Of a stretch of DNA of 64,000 nucleotides, positions 63,761-64,000 are shown in pieces. Position numbers and translations under genes: made by a program. Location of the stretch: assembly GCF_006345805.1 (NCBI RefSeq), contig NC_043000.1, forward strand, positions 119,722,001-119,786,000, given 5' to 3'. This stretch comes from Octopus sinensis (Eukaryota). The notes below the pieces were generated by a model. That model did not search any database, was not told the origin of the DNA, and saw nothing but the letters and a program-made list of their open reading frames with translations. Numbering within the stretch: the stretch's first letter is position 1; every line of letters starts with the position of its first letter.

Positions 63761-64000
63761 TCAGGTTGTCTATCTACATACAGTTGATAATTTATTTTCA
63801 TCTTGGTTTTAGCAGTCTGGATTTTCTCAATATGCTTATCATAAAAATTAATGCAATCATGAAAAATAATGGAGAGAAAGAGAGAGAGAGAGAGAGAGTG
63901 AGTGAGTGTACCTGAAAATATCTCCCTCTATATTTTCACACTTCCTAATTTCCCATAATCTCATTCTGGGTTTGTCACCATTAACAGGGGTGGCCGGATA

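Overview
Eukaryotic, AT-rich, repeat-saturated intronic DNA. The SINE families and the (TA)n/(TAA)n microsatellite load point to a coleoid cephalopod, probably Octopus (inference). The only host coding sequence I can support is two small + strand exons of mitochondrial polynucleotide phosphorylase PNPT1 (23846-23903, 58 nt; 46857-46953, 97 nt). They splice in phase across a ~23 kb intron, and the flanking exons lie outside the window. The rest is layered mobile DNA: several tRNA-derived SINE families, 3' fragments of RTE, R4/Dong and CR1-like LINEs, a decayed piggyBac and its internally deleted inverted sister, TTAA, TA and hAT MITEs with intact target duplications, non-autonomous Helitrons, and Penelope-type remnants. 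Nearly all ORFs in the supplied track are microsatellite or repeat noise. Main observations: (1) a tRNA-headed, SINE-like unit ending in a Penelope-type hammerhead ribozyme, bounded by a 12-bp target duplication (44849-45413); (2) several minimal hammerhead families, one with a non-canonical core in three copies; (3) many long fold-back palindromes in the PNPT1 pre-mRNA, including a duplicated pair bracketing one exon; (4) a possible antisense nested terminal exon. All family assignments come from reading and recall, not from database searches.
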